Positions 38,842 to 49,053 of a stretch of DNA of 64,000 nt are shown in pieces. The DNA comes from an uncultured Planctomycetaceae bacterium (GTDB taxonomy: Bacteria; Planctomycetota; Phycisphaerae; SM23-33). Below the pieces are notes generated by a model. It was given only the letters and a program-made list of their open reading frames with translations. It was not told the DNA's origin and searched no databases. The position numbers and the translations under genes were made by a program. The stretch covers positions 649 through 64,648 of the forward strand of contig CAZTVF010000010.1 in the NCBI GenBank assembly GCA_964616985.1, given 5' to 3'. Numbering within the stretch: position 1 is the stretch's first letter; each line of letters starts with the position of its first letter.

Positions 38842-39804
38842 TTACTTCGAGCTGTTCAGCGGCGGCAGCACCGGCTGGGTGGTCGGGATGGGAACGATGT
38901 CCTGCGTGGGGGGCGAGTTGAACAGCTTGATCATCGGCAGCGTGTTCTGGTCCAGCAGGATGACGGTGCGCGACTGCAACTCGATCTTGAGCGACTCGAG
39001 TGATCGGAGGAACTTGGCCAGTTCGGGGTTGCTCTGGAACTTGGAGTAATACGCCGCGGCCATCACGTCGCCTTCAAGGCGGATGCCGTTGGCCTTGCGA
39101 TCGGCGAAGGCGAGGATCTTGTCGCTGGCGGCCTTGGCCCGCTCGCGGATGGCCATGGCCTGGGCGCGCCCGCGGTTTTCGTAATCGGCGGCGACTTTGG
39201 CCCGCTCTTCCTTCATCGTGTTGATGACGGTCTCGGAGACGCTGGCGGGCAGGCCCAGGTTCTTGATGCCCACGCGGACGATCTCGATGCCGTAGTCCTT
39301 GGCCACGCGCGGCGCCAGCGCCTGCTGGATCTCGCGCTCGATGTCTTCCTGCTTCATCTTGGCCGGGTCGGTGTTGATCAGCTCGCCCAGCGGACGGCTG
39401 GCGATGGCCGCGGCCTTGGCGCCGCGGAGGATGCTGCGGACCTGCTCCTGCGCGGCATCGACCGTCTTGATCGACCGCAGGAACTGCGCCCCATCCTGGA
39501 TTCGCCAGCAGCAGAACATCGTGACGACGACGTTCTTCTTGTCGCGCGTGGGGGTCTGCTCGGTGGCGTCCTCGAACTCGAAGGCGCGCGTGTCGTAGCT
39601 GATCGCCTCTTCGATGGGATAGAACCACTTCCAGTGCAGGCCCGCTTCGTTGGGGTCGCGGCCGGAGAACACTCGCACCGTCTGCCCGAAGCGGGTGACC
39701 ACGACGAGCTCGTTGGGCTCTTCCACCAGGAACGCCACGGTGGAGAGCATCATGCACACCACCACCAGCACCGCCAGCACAACCATGCCAATATGCTTTT
39801 TCAT
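38842..39804 (-). CDS. SPFH/band-7 protein (HflC/HflK-like)
   Basis: N-terminal TM helix, VVVTRFGQTVRVFSGRDPNEAGLHWKWFYPIEEAISYDTR, and a C-terminal coiled coil. Confidence 0.8.
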   Translation of the reverse strand: MKKHIGMVVLAVLVVVCMMLSTVAFLVEEPNELVVVTRFGQTVRVFSGRDPNEAGLHWKWFYPIEEAISYDTRAFEFEDATEQTPTRDKKNVVVTMFCCWRIQDGAQFLRSIKTVDAAQEQVRSILRGAKAAAIASRPLGELINTDPAKMKQEDIEREIQQALAPRVAKDYGIEIVRVGIKNLGLPASVSETVINTMKEERAKVAADYENRGRAQAMAIRERAKAASDKILAFADRKANGIRLEGDVMAAAYYSKFQSNPELAKFLRSLESLKIELQSRTVILLDQNTLPMIKLFNSPPTQDIVPIPTTQPVLPPLNSSK

Positions 39805-39911
39805 ATCATTCCTCTACGCTTCTCACTCGATGGGCGGCCTTCCTGGGCCGCCTCCTGGGACCGGCACTTCGGGGGCGCAGGACGCGCCGCCCTCACATCA
39901 TCGACCACAGG

Positions 39912-42245
39912 CTACGGCGCCCTTGTCGGGGGCGGGGGCTTGTCGGTCGGATCGATCACCTGCAGCGGATCGCTCTCGCGGTGCAGGTTCAGGCGGCACT
40001 CGACCAGGTCGCGGTCGACGGCCAGCACGTACTTGTACGCGTTGGGCAGCACTTCATCCCACACGGCCAGCCAGCGGTCCAGCATGTATACGCTGGGGCT
40101 GGCCTGATAGGCGGCCAATTCGCGCGGGAAGGCGTCCCACCGCCCCCGCTCCTTCATTTCCTTCTGCCAGCGATACGCGCCCGCGCGGGCCACCATCGCG
40201 GCCGGCTCGCCCGTCGTGCCGGCGAAGAAAAGGTCGGCATCCTTGGCTGCGGCCGCCGACGCCGCGGCGAAATCGAACTTCCCGCCCTTGGCCGCCGTCT
40301 CCTGGATCTGCTGCAACTGGGCCAGATGCTCCAGGAACTTCGCCCGCAGTACGGCCTTGCCGCTGAGCGATTCCTCGCGCGCCTTGCCGCCCAGCTGCTC
40401 CAGTTCAAGCTCCTCGTTGAGGACCTGGATGTTGTCGCTGGCGCTGCGGATGTACTCCCCGAGCTTGCGGGCGAAGTCGGGCTTGCCGATGGCCGGCTGA
40501 AGCTCGTCCAGTTCCTGCAGCCGCTGGATCGCCAGCGCCAGGTGCAGCGCCGTCAGCTGGTCGCCGGCCACGTTGGTCAGCAGGCGCGTGGCCTCGGCCT
40601 CGGCCTGGAACCGCATCTCGTCCTGGGCCCGCTCGGCCTTGAGGACCTTCTCGAAGTCGGGGGCGACGGCGGCCGGCGGATGCACGGCCAGCAGCCCCAC
40701 GTGAGTCACCTCGATGCCCAGGCCCCTGCCATTGAGGTTGCCCGAGCCCAGGGCGTCGGTGGCCTCCTGGATCTTCTTCATCATCTCCGCCGCGGCACGC
40801 TGGCGGCCATACGTCATGATCGCCTCGGGGCGATCGGCCGCCGCCGAGTCCGCCACCGGCGAGTCCAGCGTGGCCGACGCGCAGTAGCGGGTGAGTTCCC
40901 GGCAGGCGATGTCATGGACGATCTTGTCGGCATCGACGAAATCATTGAGGTACCGGTGCAGGTCCTTGACCTTGTACTGCACGGAGACGACGAGCTTGAT
41001 GATGTTGACCGGCGGGGCCTCATCGATCTTGCGGGCGTCGCCGTGGGCGGGCACGGCAATGATGAAGTCCGCCTCGCGCATCGCGCCGTGCTCCTGCGTC
41101 CACAGGGCGATTTCCCTGCCCATGATGAAATCCGCGTCCCGCTGGGCCGCGTCGCGCGGGCCGTCGGTGCCCAGCAGAATCTGGTTCACCTTGCCCGTCT
41201 CGAACCGCTGCACCGAGTCGATCGGCCAGGGCCACTTGGCATACACGCCCGGCGGCAAGGGCTGCTCGCTCTGCAGGCGGCCCAGGTGGCGGATGATGCC
41301 CGAATGCCCCTCGGGAATGATCACCAGCGAGGTCATGGCGATCATGATCGCCGCCCCGGCGATCAGCAGCGGCACCAGCGACCGCCCCACCAGCTGGTAG
41401 AACCACGTCTTGGAGACCTCGAAACCGAACTGGTAGTTCATCGCCTCGGCGATCGAGTGCCCCACCTTGTCGGGCTCGGCCACGAGGTTGAACAGCCGGC
41501 TGTCGAAGCTGGGGCGATGCTCCTGCCCGGGCAGCCGCGGCCGGTAGATGTCCAGCACGAAGTTGAGCACCAGTTCCACCGACAGCACCAGCTGCGCGAT
41601 GGGAATGACGAACGCGATGACGATGTCGACCTTGGCGTAGTTCACCCAGGCGGCGAACACCGCCGCCCCCACCAGGCCGATGAAGACCGTGTTGACCAGC
41701 AGGTAGCTTCCCGCCGCCCGAAGCAGGCGCCACCGCGGCACGCGGGACATGCCGATGGAATAGGCCCCCAGCAGCAGGCCGGCGAATGCCGCCAGGCCCA
41801 GCAGCAGGACGGCCTGCAGTGGTGCGTTCATGTGGGGGAAGGTTTCGCGGGCGGTGAGGTAACGCAGCATGGAGATGCCCGTCGCCACGTGGAAGCCTGC
41901 CCACGCCAGCGTGAAGCCCGCCACCACCCAGCGGTCGACCCAGGCCACCCGCGCCGCGGCCGGGCGCGTGTCCTTGTCGCGCTGGAAGATCGTGGCTTCC
42001 TTCCCGCCGCGAGACAGGTCCTCCAGCTCGATGGCCTCCTGGCGTTCCAGCTGGCGGCAGTACATCATGATGGCCGTCAGGGCCCACAGGGCCATGCCGC
42101 CACCCAGCAGCCACAGCGATGCCATCGCCGCCACTGAGTGCGTCCACAGGAAGAGGATCAGCATCAGCGCCAGCAGCACCGTCTGCAGCCCCAGGCCGGT
42201 CAAGGCCACGTTCTTCGCACGTCGTTGCTCAACCATTTTCGGCAA
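39912..42245 (-). CDS. Polytopic membrane domain fused to an SPFH/band-7 domain, with a long C-terminal coiled-coil region (777 aa)
   Basis: ~8 predicted TM helices in the first 330 aa, then an SPFH-like segment IIPEGHSGIIRHLGRLQSEQPLPPGVYAKWPWPIDSVQRFETGKVNQILLG, then a ~300-aa helical tail. Confidence 0.7.
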   Translation of the reverse strand: MPKMVEQRRAKNVALTGLGLQTVLLALMLILFLWTHSVAAMASLWLLGGGMALWALTAIMMYCRQLERQEAIELEDLSRGGKEATIFQRDKDTRPAAARVAWVDRWVVAGFTLAWAGFHVATGISMLRYLTARETFPHMNAPLQAVLLLGLAAFAGLLLGAYSIGMSRVPRWRLLRAAGSYLLVNTVFIGLVGAAVFAAWVNYAKVDIVIAFVIPIAQLVLSVELVLNFVLDIYRPRLPGQEHRPSFDSRLFNLVAEPDKVGHSIAEAMNYQFGFEVSKTWFYQLVGRSLVPLLIAGAAIMIAMTSLVIIPEGHSGIIRHLGRLQSEQPLPPGVYAKWPWPIDSVQRFETGKVNQILLGTDGPRDAAQRDADFIMGREIALWTQEHGAMREADFIIAVPAHGDARKIDEAPPVNIIKLVVSVQYKVKDLHRYLNDFVDADKIVHDIACRELTRYCASATLDSPVADSAAADRPEAIMTYGRQRAAAEMMKKIQEATDALGSGNLNGRGLGIEVTHVGLLAVHPPAAVAPDFEKVLKAERAQDEMRFQAEAEATRLLTNVAGDQLTALHLALAIQRLQELDELQPAIGKPDFARKLGEYIRSASDNIQVLNEELELEQLGGKAREESLSGKAVLRAKFLEHLAQLQQIQETAAKGGKFDFAAASAAAAKDADLFFAGTTGEPAAMVARAGAYRWQKEMKERGRWDAFPRELAAYQASPSVYMLDRWLAVWDEVLPNAYKYVLAVDRDLVECRLNLHRESDPLQVIDPTDKPPPPTRAP

Positions 42246-42366
42246 CCTCTGCTTGCATGCGGCTCGCGGCTCGTTCTACAATCGCCCCGAGCACGGGATT
42301 GAAACCTTTTAATTCAGCGGCCGTAGGATGTTTGTTGGCCGCAACTTCGCGTACAAAGTGAGACTT

Positions 42367-44004
42367 ATGCGGAAACTTCTGGCCATTGCGCAGAACACGT
42401 TTACTCAAACCATCCGCCAGCCGATGTTCTTCATCATCATTCTGGGCACGTTTCTCCTGCTGGTCCTCTCGGTGCCCTTGTCCGGCTGGACCATGGACCA
42501 GGGCGGGGACTACCACGCCAGCGACCAGAAGATGCTCGAGAACTTCGGACTCAGCACGCTGCTGCTGGCGGGCCTGCTGCTTTCGGCCTTCAGCGCCTCC
42601 AGCGTGCTGGCCCGCGAAATCGAAGACAAGACCGCCCTGACCGTGATCTCCAAACCCGTCTCCCGCCCGGCCTTCGTGCTGGGCAAGTTCGCCGGCGTGG
42701 CCGCGGCCGTCACGCTGGGCTACTACCTCTGCTCGCTGGTGCTGCTGCTGACGGTCCGCCACCAGGTGATGGCCGCCGCCATCGAGACCATCGACGCGCC
42801 GGTGCTGGTGTTCGGCCTGTCGGGCTTCGCCCTGGCGCTGATCCTGGCCCTGGTGGGCAACTTCCTGTTCGGCTGGTCTTTCACGTCCGCCAGCATCTGG
42901 TCCAACGCGGCCATGCTGACACTGGCGATGGTGCTGGTCCTGTTTATCGGCCGCGAGTGGGAACTCGTGCCGCCGGGCTACGCCAGTCCGCCGCGAATGG
43001 CCCGCGACGAGGTGAAGGTGGAGCTCAGACCCGGCATCGGGACGGAATTCTTCAAGACCCGTGCCGCCAGCGAGGGCTACCACGTGAATCGAGTCGACGG
43101 CAACAGCCTCGTCTATCTTCGCGTGCCGGGAGGCACCAGCAACATCGATGCCATCGCCAACCTCAAGACCTGGCGAGAAGTCAGCCTGGCCGAGGAGGTG
43201 GCCGACCCGCCGGTCATCACCACGCAGCTGCTCAAGGGCATGCTGCTGAGCTACATGGGCGTGCTCGTCTTCATGGCGGTGGCCGTCACCGCCAGCACGC
43301 GGCTGGGACAGGTGATGACCCTGCTGATCTGCCTGGCGGTATTCCTGCTGGGTTCGATGGGGCCGCGGCTGGCGCAGTTCTACGACTTCCTGCCGGCCCG
43401 AATCGCGGGCTTCATCCTTCCCTACCTGGCCTATTTCTATTCCACCGATGTCATGTCCCAGCCCATTCAGGCCGAGACGCCGGTGAGGTTCATCCTGTAC
43501 GCGGGCGCTTACTGCCTGCTGTACGTCGCGGCCGTGCTGGCCTTGGGCATCGCGCTGTTCCAACGCCGCCAACTCGCCGCCGACACCGCCGCCACCGGCG
43601 TGCCGGGGCTGGTGAACCTGATGGCCCTGCTGGGCCGACTGGCCGCCCTGGTGGCCGCCATGGCCGGCCTGACCATGGCCCTGACGAAGGAGCTTTGGAC
43701 GCCGGCGGGCCTGACGCTCGCCTTCGGGCTCCTCGTTGCAGGCATCCTGGGCTGGCTGCTGTGGGGCTTCTTCGGACGCGGCGCCAAGTGGGCGTACTGG
43801 TTGGTCCTGGCCTCGGCGGGCGGCCGCCTGCTGATGGGCATCGCACAGGTCGCCTGGCCGCAGGTCACCACCGAGGCCGGTATCGATGAACCACTGGGGC
43901 GCGTCGCCATTGGCACGCTGCTGGCCGCGGCCGTGCTGTTCGTCCTGATCCTGCCCAAGACCCGCCGCCATTTCTTTGTGCCCAAAGCAAAGCTCTCGAT
44001 GTGA
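42367..44004 (+). CDS. ABC-2-type permease-like polytopic membrane protein
   Basis: Divergent from the SPFH locus, with multiple TM helices. Start MRKLLAIAQNTFTQTIRQPMFFIIILG; the track's alternative start is 42328. Confidence 0.6.
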   Translation: MRKLLAIAQNTFTQTIRQPMFFIIILGTFLLLVLSVPLSGWTMDQGGDYHASDQKMLENFGLSTLLLAGLLLSAFSASSVLAREIEDKTALTVISKPVSRPAFVLGKFAGVAAAVTLGYYLCSLVLLLTVRHQVMAAAIETIDAPVLVFGLSGFALALILALVGNFLFGWSFTSASIWSNAAMLTLAMVLVLFIGREWELVPPGYASPPRMARDEVKVELRPGIGTEFFKTRAASEGYHVNRVDGNSLVYLRVPGGTSNIDAIANLKTWREVSLAEEVADPPVITTQLLKGMLLSYMGVLVFMAVAVTASTRLGQVMTLLICLAVFLLGSMGPRLAQFYDFLPARIAGFILPYLAYFYSTDVMSQPIQAETPVRFILYAGAYCLLYVAAVLALGIALFQRRQLAADTAATGVPGLVNLMALLGRLAALVAAMAGLTMALTKELWTPAGLTLAFGLLVAGILGWLLWGFFGRGAKWAYWLVLASAGGRLLMGIAQVAWPQVTTEAGIDEPLGRVAIGTLLAAAVLFVLILPKTRRHFFVPKAKLSM

Positions 44005-44231
44005 CGCCGGGATCATTCCTGCCGCGGACATCGCAGAGCGAAGACAAGCAGAAGACGCGCCATAGGAAAGCTCGCCCGCCGCGGCATTGAAAGCCATCGG
44101 CAGCGTCGCCTGTCTCTTGTCTCTCCGTGCTTTTCGCATCATTGCCTTGATCCAGCCTCTATTCCTGCACTCTCTGCTCTTGTTCTTCTTCTCTCTGCGT
44201 TCTCTGCGGTGAATTCCTCCCGCAGAGCACG

Positions 44232-46214
44232 CTAATTCACCGGGACATGCTCCACGCGGGTCGTCACCGGCGTCTCAGCCGCCTTGCGGCGGGCGTCTTC
44301 CTGGTGCAGTTCCTCGCCGAATCGAACGAGGCGGGCGCTGTTGAAGATCACGAACGTCGCCGCCACCATGTGCAGCACCGCCGCCAGCACCGGAGTGATC
44401 CAGCCCATCGCGCCCAGCACGATGAAGCCGATGATGAACACCATGCCGAACAGCAGATTCTGATGGATCACGCTCACCGTCCGGCGGCTGAGGCGGATCA
44501 GGAACGGCAGGCGGCGAAGATCGTTGTTCAGCAGCGCGATCGTCGCCGAATTGATGGCCACTTCGCTGCCCGCGGCGCCCATCGCGATCGACAGGTCGCC
44601 CGCGGCCAGGGCCGGCGCGTCGTTCACGCCGTCGCCCACCACCGCAACCTTGTTCCCGCGCGCCTTGAGCGCATCGACCAGCTGCAACTTGTCGGCCGGA
44701 AGGACCTCGGCCTGCACCTCGGTGCAGCCCATCTCCTTGGCGACGCGGCGGGCCACCGACCAGCGGTCGCCCGTCACCATCACCAGCTCGCGCATGCCCA
44801 GCTGCCGCAACTCGTCCATGGCCGAGCGGGCCTCGTCGCGGGTGCGGTCTTCCATGCCGATCCAGCCCAGCACGCGCCCGTCGCGAACGACGTACAGCGT
44901 GCTGATGCCTTCTGGCTCGGCGAGGCTTTCGTGCTTGAGGATGTCCATGTTCACGCCCTGCTCGGCCAGCCAGCTCGAACGGCCGACGAGCACTCGCTGC
45001 CCGCCGACGTTCGCCCGCACGCCGCGGCCGGAGATCTCCTCGAATTCCTCGGGCTTCGTCAGCGCGACGCGGGCCTTCTGGGCCACCGCCACCACTGCGC
45101 GGGCCACGGGGTGCTTGGACATCTGCTCGATCGACGCCGCCGTGGTCAACAGGTCCAGGCCGTCGATCTCCGGCGCCGGGGCCAGTTGCGTCACGCTCAG
45201 CTCGCCCGTGGTCAGCGTGCCCGTCTTGTCGAAGACGAACGCGTTGAGGGTGCTGGCGGCCTCGATCGTCGAGACGTCCTTGACGTAGATGCCCAGGCGG
45301 GCGGCGCACGACAAGGCCGCCACCATCGCCGTCGGCACGGCCAGGATCAGGGCGCACGGGCAGGCGACGACCAGCATGGCCACCGCGCGGTTCATGTCCT
45401 GCGTGGAAACCAGCACCACGCCTGCGAGCATCAGGATCGTCGGGGTGTACCAGCCGGCGTAGCGGTCGATCATCCGCATGATGGGGATGCGCGTGCGCTC
45501 GGCCTGGAGGATGAGTTTCTGCACCTTGCCCAGCGTGGTGTCGGCGCCGGCGCGGGTGACGCGGACGTCCATGGCGCCGGCGAGGTTGCTGGTGCCTGAG
45601 AAAACTTCCTCGCCCACGGTCTTGTCCACCGGCAGCGATTCGCCGGTGACGTTGGCCTGGTTGATCGAGGATTGGCCGGCCACGATGATGCCGTCGGCGG
45701 GGATGTTGTCGCCGGGACGGACGCGAACCACGTCGTCGGGCCGCAGCTCGCGAGGGTCGATCAGTTCTTCCGAGCCGCTGGGCAGCAGGCGGTGCGCCTT
45801 TTTGGGGGCCAGCCGCAGAAGGCTCTCAATGCTCGCACGGGCGCCAAGGGCGGTGCGGGTCTCGATGAGGTTGGCCAGCAGCAGGAAGAAGGCCACCGCG
45901 CCGGCGGCCTTGTAATCGCCCGCCGCCAGGGCCGCAATCACGGCCAGGCCAACGAGTTCGTCCATGTTCATCTCGCCGTGGAGAAGCTCCTGGGCCGCGT
46001 GGTAGATGATGGGCGCGCCCAGCAGGATGGCCCCAGCCACCGCCAGTAGATCGCTGTAGATATTGCGGCCGGTCACGCCGACCTGGTCAGCAAAGATGAC
46101 GTCGGCAATGTACGAAAGCAGGACCAGCACCCCGCCCAAGAGAATACCGATGATCAGGACACTGGTCCGGCCGGTTTGACGCTCGACCGAATCCTTCACT
46201 AGATCATGAGCCAT
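44232..46214 (-). CDS. Heavy-metal translocating P1B-type ATPase
   Basis: CPC metal motif in a TM helix (VVACPCALILAVP), DKTGTLT, GDGVNDAPAL. No N-terminal HMA domain. RBS GGAG. Confidence 0.9.
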   Translation of the reverse strand: MAHDLVKDSVERQTGRTSVLIIGILLGGVLVLLSYIADVIFADQVGVTGRNIYSDLLAVAGAILLGAPIIYHAAQELLHGEMNMDELVGLAVIAALAAGDYKAAGAVAFFLLLANLIETRTALGARASIESLLRLAPKKAHRLLPSGSEELIDPRELRPDDVVRVRPGDNIPADGIIVAGQSSINQANVTGESLPVDKTVGEEVFSGTSNLAGAMDVRVTRAGADTTLGKVQKLILQAERTRIPIMRMIDRYAGWYTPTILMLAGVVLVSTQDMNRAVAMLVVACPCALILAVPTAMVAALSCAARLGIYVKDVSTIEAASTLNAFVFDKTGTLTTGELSVTQLAPAPEIDGLDLLTTAASIEQMSKHPVARAVVAVAQKARVALTKPEEFEEISGRGVRANVGGQRVLVGRSSWLAEQGVNMDILKHESLAEPEGISTLYVVRDGRVLGWIGMEDRTRDEARSAMDELRQLGMRELVMVTGDRWSVARRVAKEMGCTEVQAEVLPADKLQLVDALKARGNKVAVVGDGVNDAPALAAGDLSIAMGAAGSEVAINSATIALLNNDLRRLPFLIRLSRRTVSVIHQNLLFGMVFIIGFIVLGAMGWITPVLAAVLHMVAATFVIFNSARLVRFGEELHQEDARRKAAETPVTTRVEHVPVN

Positions 46215-46558
46215 GAAGTCGCTCCGAGAATTACTGGGTTCGGCGCAGTGAGCGCCCGTGCAAGTCAACGCCTTTGCAGCTGTTACGGACGTTGCGGCGG
46301 ATAAGTTCGCCCGACGGGCGGATTTTACTCATCCCGCCCGCCTAGCGCAAGCCCCAATCCCCCATGACCTTGAAACTTTTTCCGCCTCGTCCCGCTGGAA
46401 GCGAACCGCGCACAAAAGCGAGCGGCTTCGAGCTTCGCCTGATGCGAAGTCCTTACGGCCCCACCGTGAATGGCGAATGCACCCGCCGGGGGTGGCGGGG
46501 AAGCTCCGATTTCGGCAGCGCCATGGCACTGGCGGCGCCGCCATCCTATAATTCCGCC

Positions 46559-47137
46559 ATGGCCAACGAGATCGAGATGAAGTTCAAGGTGGCGTCGCAT
46601 GCCGCGGTGCGACGACGGCTGGACGCAGCCGGGGCGAAATACATCGGCGGGATGCTCCAGACCGACTGCTACTTCGACACCCCCCGGCGCGATCTGCTCA
46701 AGCGGGACAGCGGCATGCGAATCCGCACCGCGGCCAAGCTTCGCGGCCACACGCTCGCCGCCGACCCCCGCCCCCAGCTCACCTACAAAGGGCCCGTCGA
46801 CGCCAAGGCCCGCGCCAAGGTCAGGCCGGAGATCCAGACGCACCTCGAAGACGCCGAAGCGTTCGGTGAGATCCTCGCAGCCCTGGGCTTCGAGCCCGCC
46901 CTGACGATCCAGAAGAAACGCATCACTTACCATCTCGGCCGCTGCCTGGTGGAGCTCGACGAGCTGCCGATCCTCGGCTGCTTCATCGAGATCGAAGGCC
47001 CCGATGAGGCCGCCATCGAGCGAGTCCGCGCGAAGCTGCAGATCGAGGACAATTCCACCAAGTCCGGATACACGAAGCTTGTTACGGACGCCTGCGCCCA
47101 GCTGGGCCGGCCGTGCCGCGAGATCCTATTTGACTGA
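46559..47137 (+). CDS. CYTH-domain protein (CyaB-like triphosphatase/class IV adenylyl cyclase fold)
   Basis: MANEIEMKFKV... (ExExK motif). TATAAT sits 9 nt upstream of the ATG with no SD, so the mRNA is possibly leaderless. Confidence 0.8.
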   Translation: MANEIEMKFKVASHAAVRRRLDAAGAKYIGGMLQTDCYFDTPRRDLLKRDSGMRIRTAAKLRGHTLAADPRPQLTYKGPVDAKARAKVRPEIQTHLEDAEAFGEILAALGFEPALTIQKKRITYHLGRCLVELDELPILGCFIEIEGPDEAAIERVRAKLQIEDNSTKSGYTKLVTDACAQLGRPCREILFD

Positions 47138-47169
47138 GCAGGGCCTGGTGCGGTCTAACCTTAATTGAT

Positions 47170-47220
47170 GGGTGGCGGCCTTCCCAGGCCGCCGCCAAGA
47201 ACGCTCTGAGGGCGGCGGAC
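47170..47220. repeat. REP-like palindromic element (family A variant)
   Basis: GGGTGGCGGCCTTCCCAGGCCGCCGCC followed by GGGCGGCGGAC. Intergenic, between the CYTH gene and ald. Confidence 0.5.
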
Positions 47221-47342
47221 TGAGCTTGCCTGCTGGAGGCAGAAAGGCCGCCACGCCTCACCATGAGCGGTACGACATAGTTCGAGGCACAGCCTTTCCG
47301 TGCTGTGCACGCATAGGGCCTGTTCAAGGCCGGGAGAACCGC

Positions 47343-48440
47343 ATGATCATTGGCGTGCCGCGCGAGATCAAGTCCAACGAGTTCCGCATCGCCCTGCTGC
47401 CGGTCGGCGCAAAGCTTCTCACCCAGGACGGCCACAAGGTCCTCGTCGAGGCCGGTGCGGGCTTGGGCAGCGGCTTCAGCGACCGCGACTACACCTCCGC
47501 CGGGGCCCAGCTGGTGCATGACGCCGACGAGATCTTCGAACGCGCCGACATGATCGTGAAAGTCAAAGAGCCGCAGTTTGAGGAGATCGACCTCCTGCGG
47601 CCGGGACAGGTCATCTTCACCTACTTTCACTTTGCCGCCTCGCGTGAGCTGACGGTGGGCTGCCTGGAATCCGGCATCATCGCCGTCGCCTACGAAACGC
47701 TCACCGACAGTCGTGGCCGCCTGCCGCTGCTGACGCCGATGAGCGAAGTCGCCGGCAAGATGTCCATCCAGGAGGGCGCCAAATTCCTCGAACGCCCGAT
47801 GATGGGCCGCGGCATTCTGCTGGGCGGCGTCGCCGGCGTCGAGCCCGGAAACGTCCTCATCCTTGGCGGAGGCATCGTGGGCTCCAACGCCGCCATCGTG
47901 GCCGCCGGCCTGGGCGCCCACGTCGTGATCATGGACATCAACCTCGACCGGCTGCGATATCTCGAGGAGGTCATGCCCGCCAACGTCACCACGATCTACA
48001 GCGACCCCTTCGCCATTGCCGCCCAGGTGCAGCGGGCGGACCTCGTCGTCGGGGCCGTGCTCATTCCGGGGGCCAAGGCCCCGCTGCTGCTGCAGCGCAG
48101 CCACCTGGGCACGATGAAGCCCGGGGCCGTGATTGTCGATGTGTCGATCGATCAAGGCGGATGCTTCGAAACCAGCCGCCCCACCACGCACGGCGAGCCG
48201 ACGTACATTATCGATGGCGTCGTTCACTACTGCGTCGCGAACATGCCCGGCGCCGTCGGCCGCACCAGTTCGCAGGCGTTGTGCAACGCGACGCTGCCAT
48301 ACGTTCGTGAACTGGCCTCGCTTGGGGCTGATCGCTTCGCCGCCGTCTCCCCCGGCCACCGCGCCGCGGTGAACCTCCGCGCCGGCAAGCTGGCCAACCC
48401 CGGCGTGATCTCCGCCTTCCCCGACCTGCCGAGGGAGTGA
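47343..48440 (+). CDS. ald: Alanine dehydrogenase
   Basis: MIIGVPREIKSNEFRIALLP and the Rossmann GGGIVGSNAA. 365 aa. Confidence 0.9.
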   Translation: MIIGVPREIKSNEFRIALLPVGAKLLTQDGHKVLVEAGAGLGSGFSDRDYTSAGAQLVHDADEIFERADMIVKVKEPQFEEIDLLRPGQVIFTYFHFAASRELTVGCLESGIIAVAYETLTDSRGRLPLLTPMSEVAGKMSIQEGAKFLERPMMGRGILLGGVAGVEPGNVLILGGGIVGSNAAIVAAGLGAHVVIMDINLDRLRYLEEVMPANVTTIYSDPFAIAAQVQRADLVVGAVLIPGAKAPLLLQRSHLGTMKPGAVIVDVSIDQGGCFETSRPTTHGEPTYIIDGVVHYCVANMPGAVGRTSSQALCNATLPYVRELASLGADRFAAVSPGHRAAVNLRAGKLANPGVISAFPDLPRE

Positions 48441-48737
48441 TCGTCACGCACGGAGACTGAGCCCGAGCAGGTGCATTCGGTCTTAAGTGGAACCCCGGAG
48501 AAAACTTTGCACAAAGCAAACCGCGAAGTCGCTCGCTTTTCAGCACTGTTCGCTGCAAGTGGTTGTGCGGGCAAGCCTTTGCCTGAGGCTCTGGCCGCAA
48601 CCACCGCGCCGCAGGATCATGACGATGCGCATCCAGTCATCAATCGTGGCCGGAGCCTCGTGACGGGCAGCCCCTTGGCCGAACGACGATTCCCAACCTT
48701 GCTCATCCATTCCTCCTGATTAACCGATACACAATGT

Positions 48738-48766
48738 TGACGGCGCCACCCGGCGCGAGTATATTG
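48738..48766 (+). promoter_or_regulatory. Sigma70-like promoter for tRNA-Ser
   Basis: TTGACG (48738-48743), a 17-nt spacer, then TATATT (48761-48766), 20 nt upstream of the tRNA 5' end. Confidence 0.5.
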
Positions 48767-48786
48767 ACCCTAGCACCGCAGCACCC

Positions 48787-48877
48787 GGAGAGGTGGCTGA
48801 GTGGCTGAAAGCGACGGTTTGCTAAACCGTTGTACGGGGTTACCCCCGTACCTCGGGTTCGAATCCCGACCTCTCCG
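48787..48877 (+). tRNA. tRNA-Ser (anticodon GCU), class II with a long variable arm
   Basis: Acceptor stem GGAGAGG/CCTCTCC, anticodon loop TTGCTAA on stem ACGGT/ACCGT, variable arm GTACGGGGTTACCCCCGTAC, T-arm TCGGG-TTCGAAT-CCCGA, discriminator G, no encoded CCA. Confidence 0.9.
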
Positions 48878-48884
48878 TTTCACC

Positions 48885-48915
48885 GAGCCCCACGGTATGA
48901 CCGGCGGGGCTTTTT
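48885..48915 (+). terminator. Rho-independent terminator after tRNA-Ser
   Basis: GAGCCCCACGG-tatga-CCGGCGGGGC followed by TTTTT. Confidence 0.6.
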
Positions 48916-49053
48916 CATGCGCTGCAGGCGGAGGCCTGCCCCGCATCGCGAAACACAAATCTTTCAACCGGCTTTGGGCGGGGTTATGATTCCTGCGGCG
49001 CTGTGGGCCGGCTGACCCCAGGCACAAGTCTCAACTTGTCGAAAGGGCATTCT

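Noticed and set aside
48471-48719. 82-aa ORF between ald and tRNA-Ser
   Set aside because: No RBS and no motif; it overlaps the tRNA promoter region. Probably non-coding.
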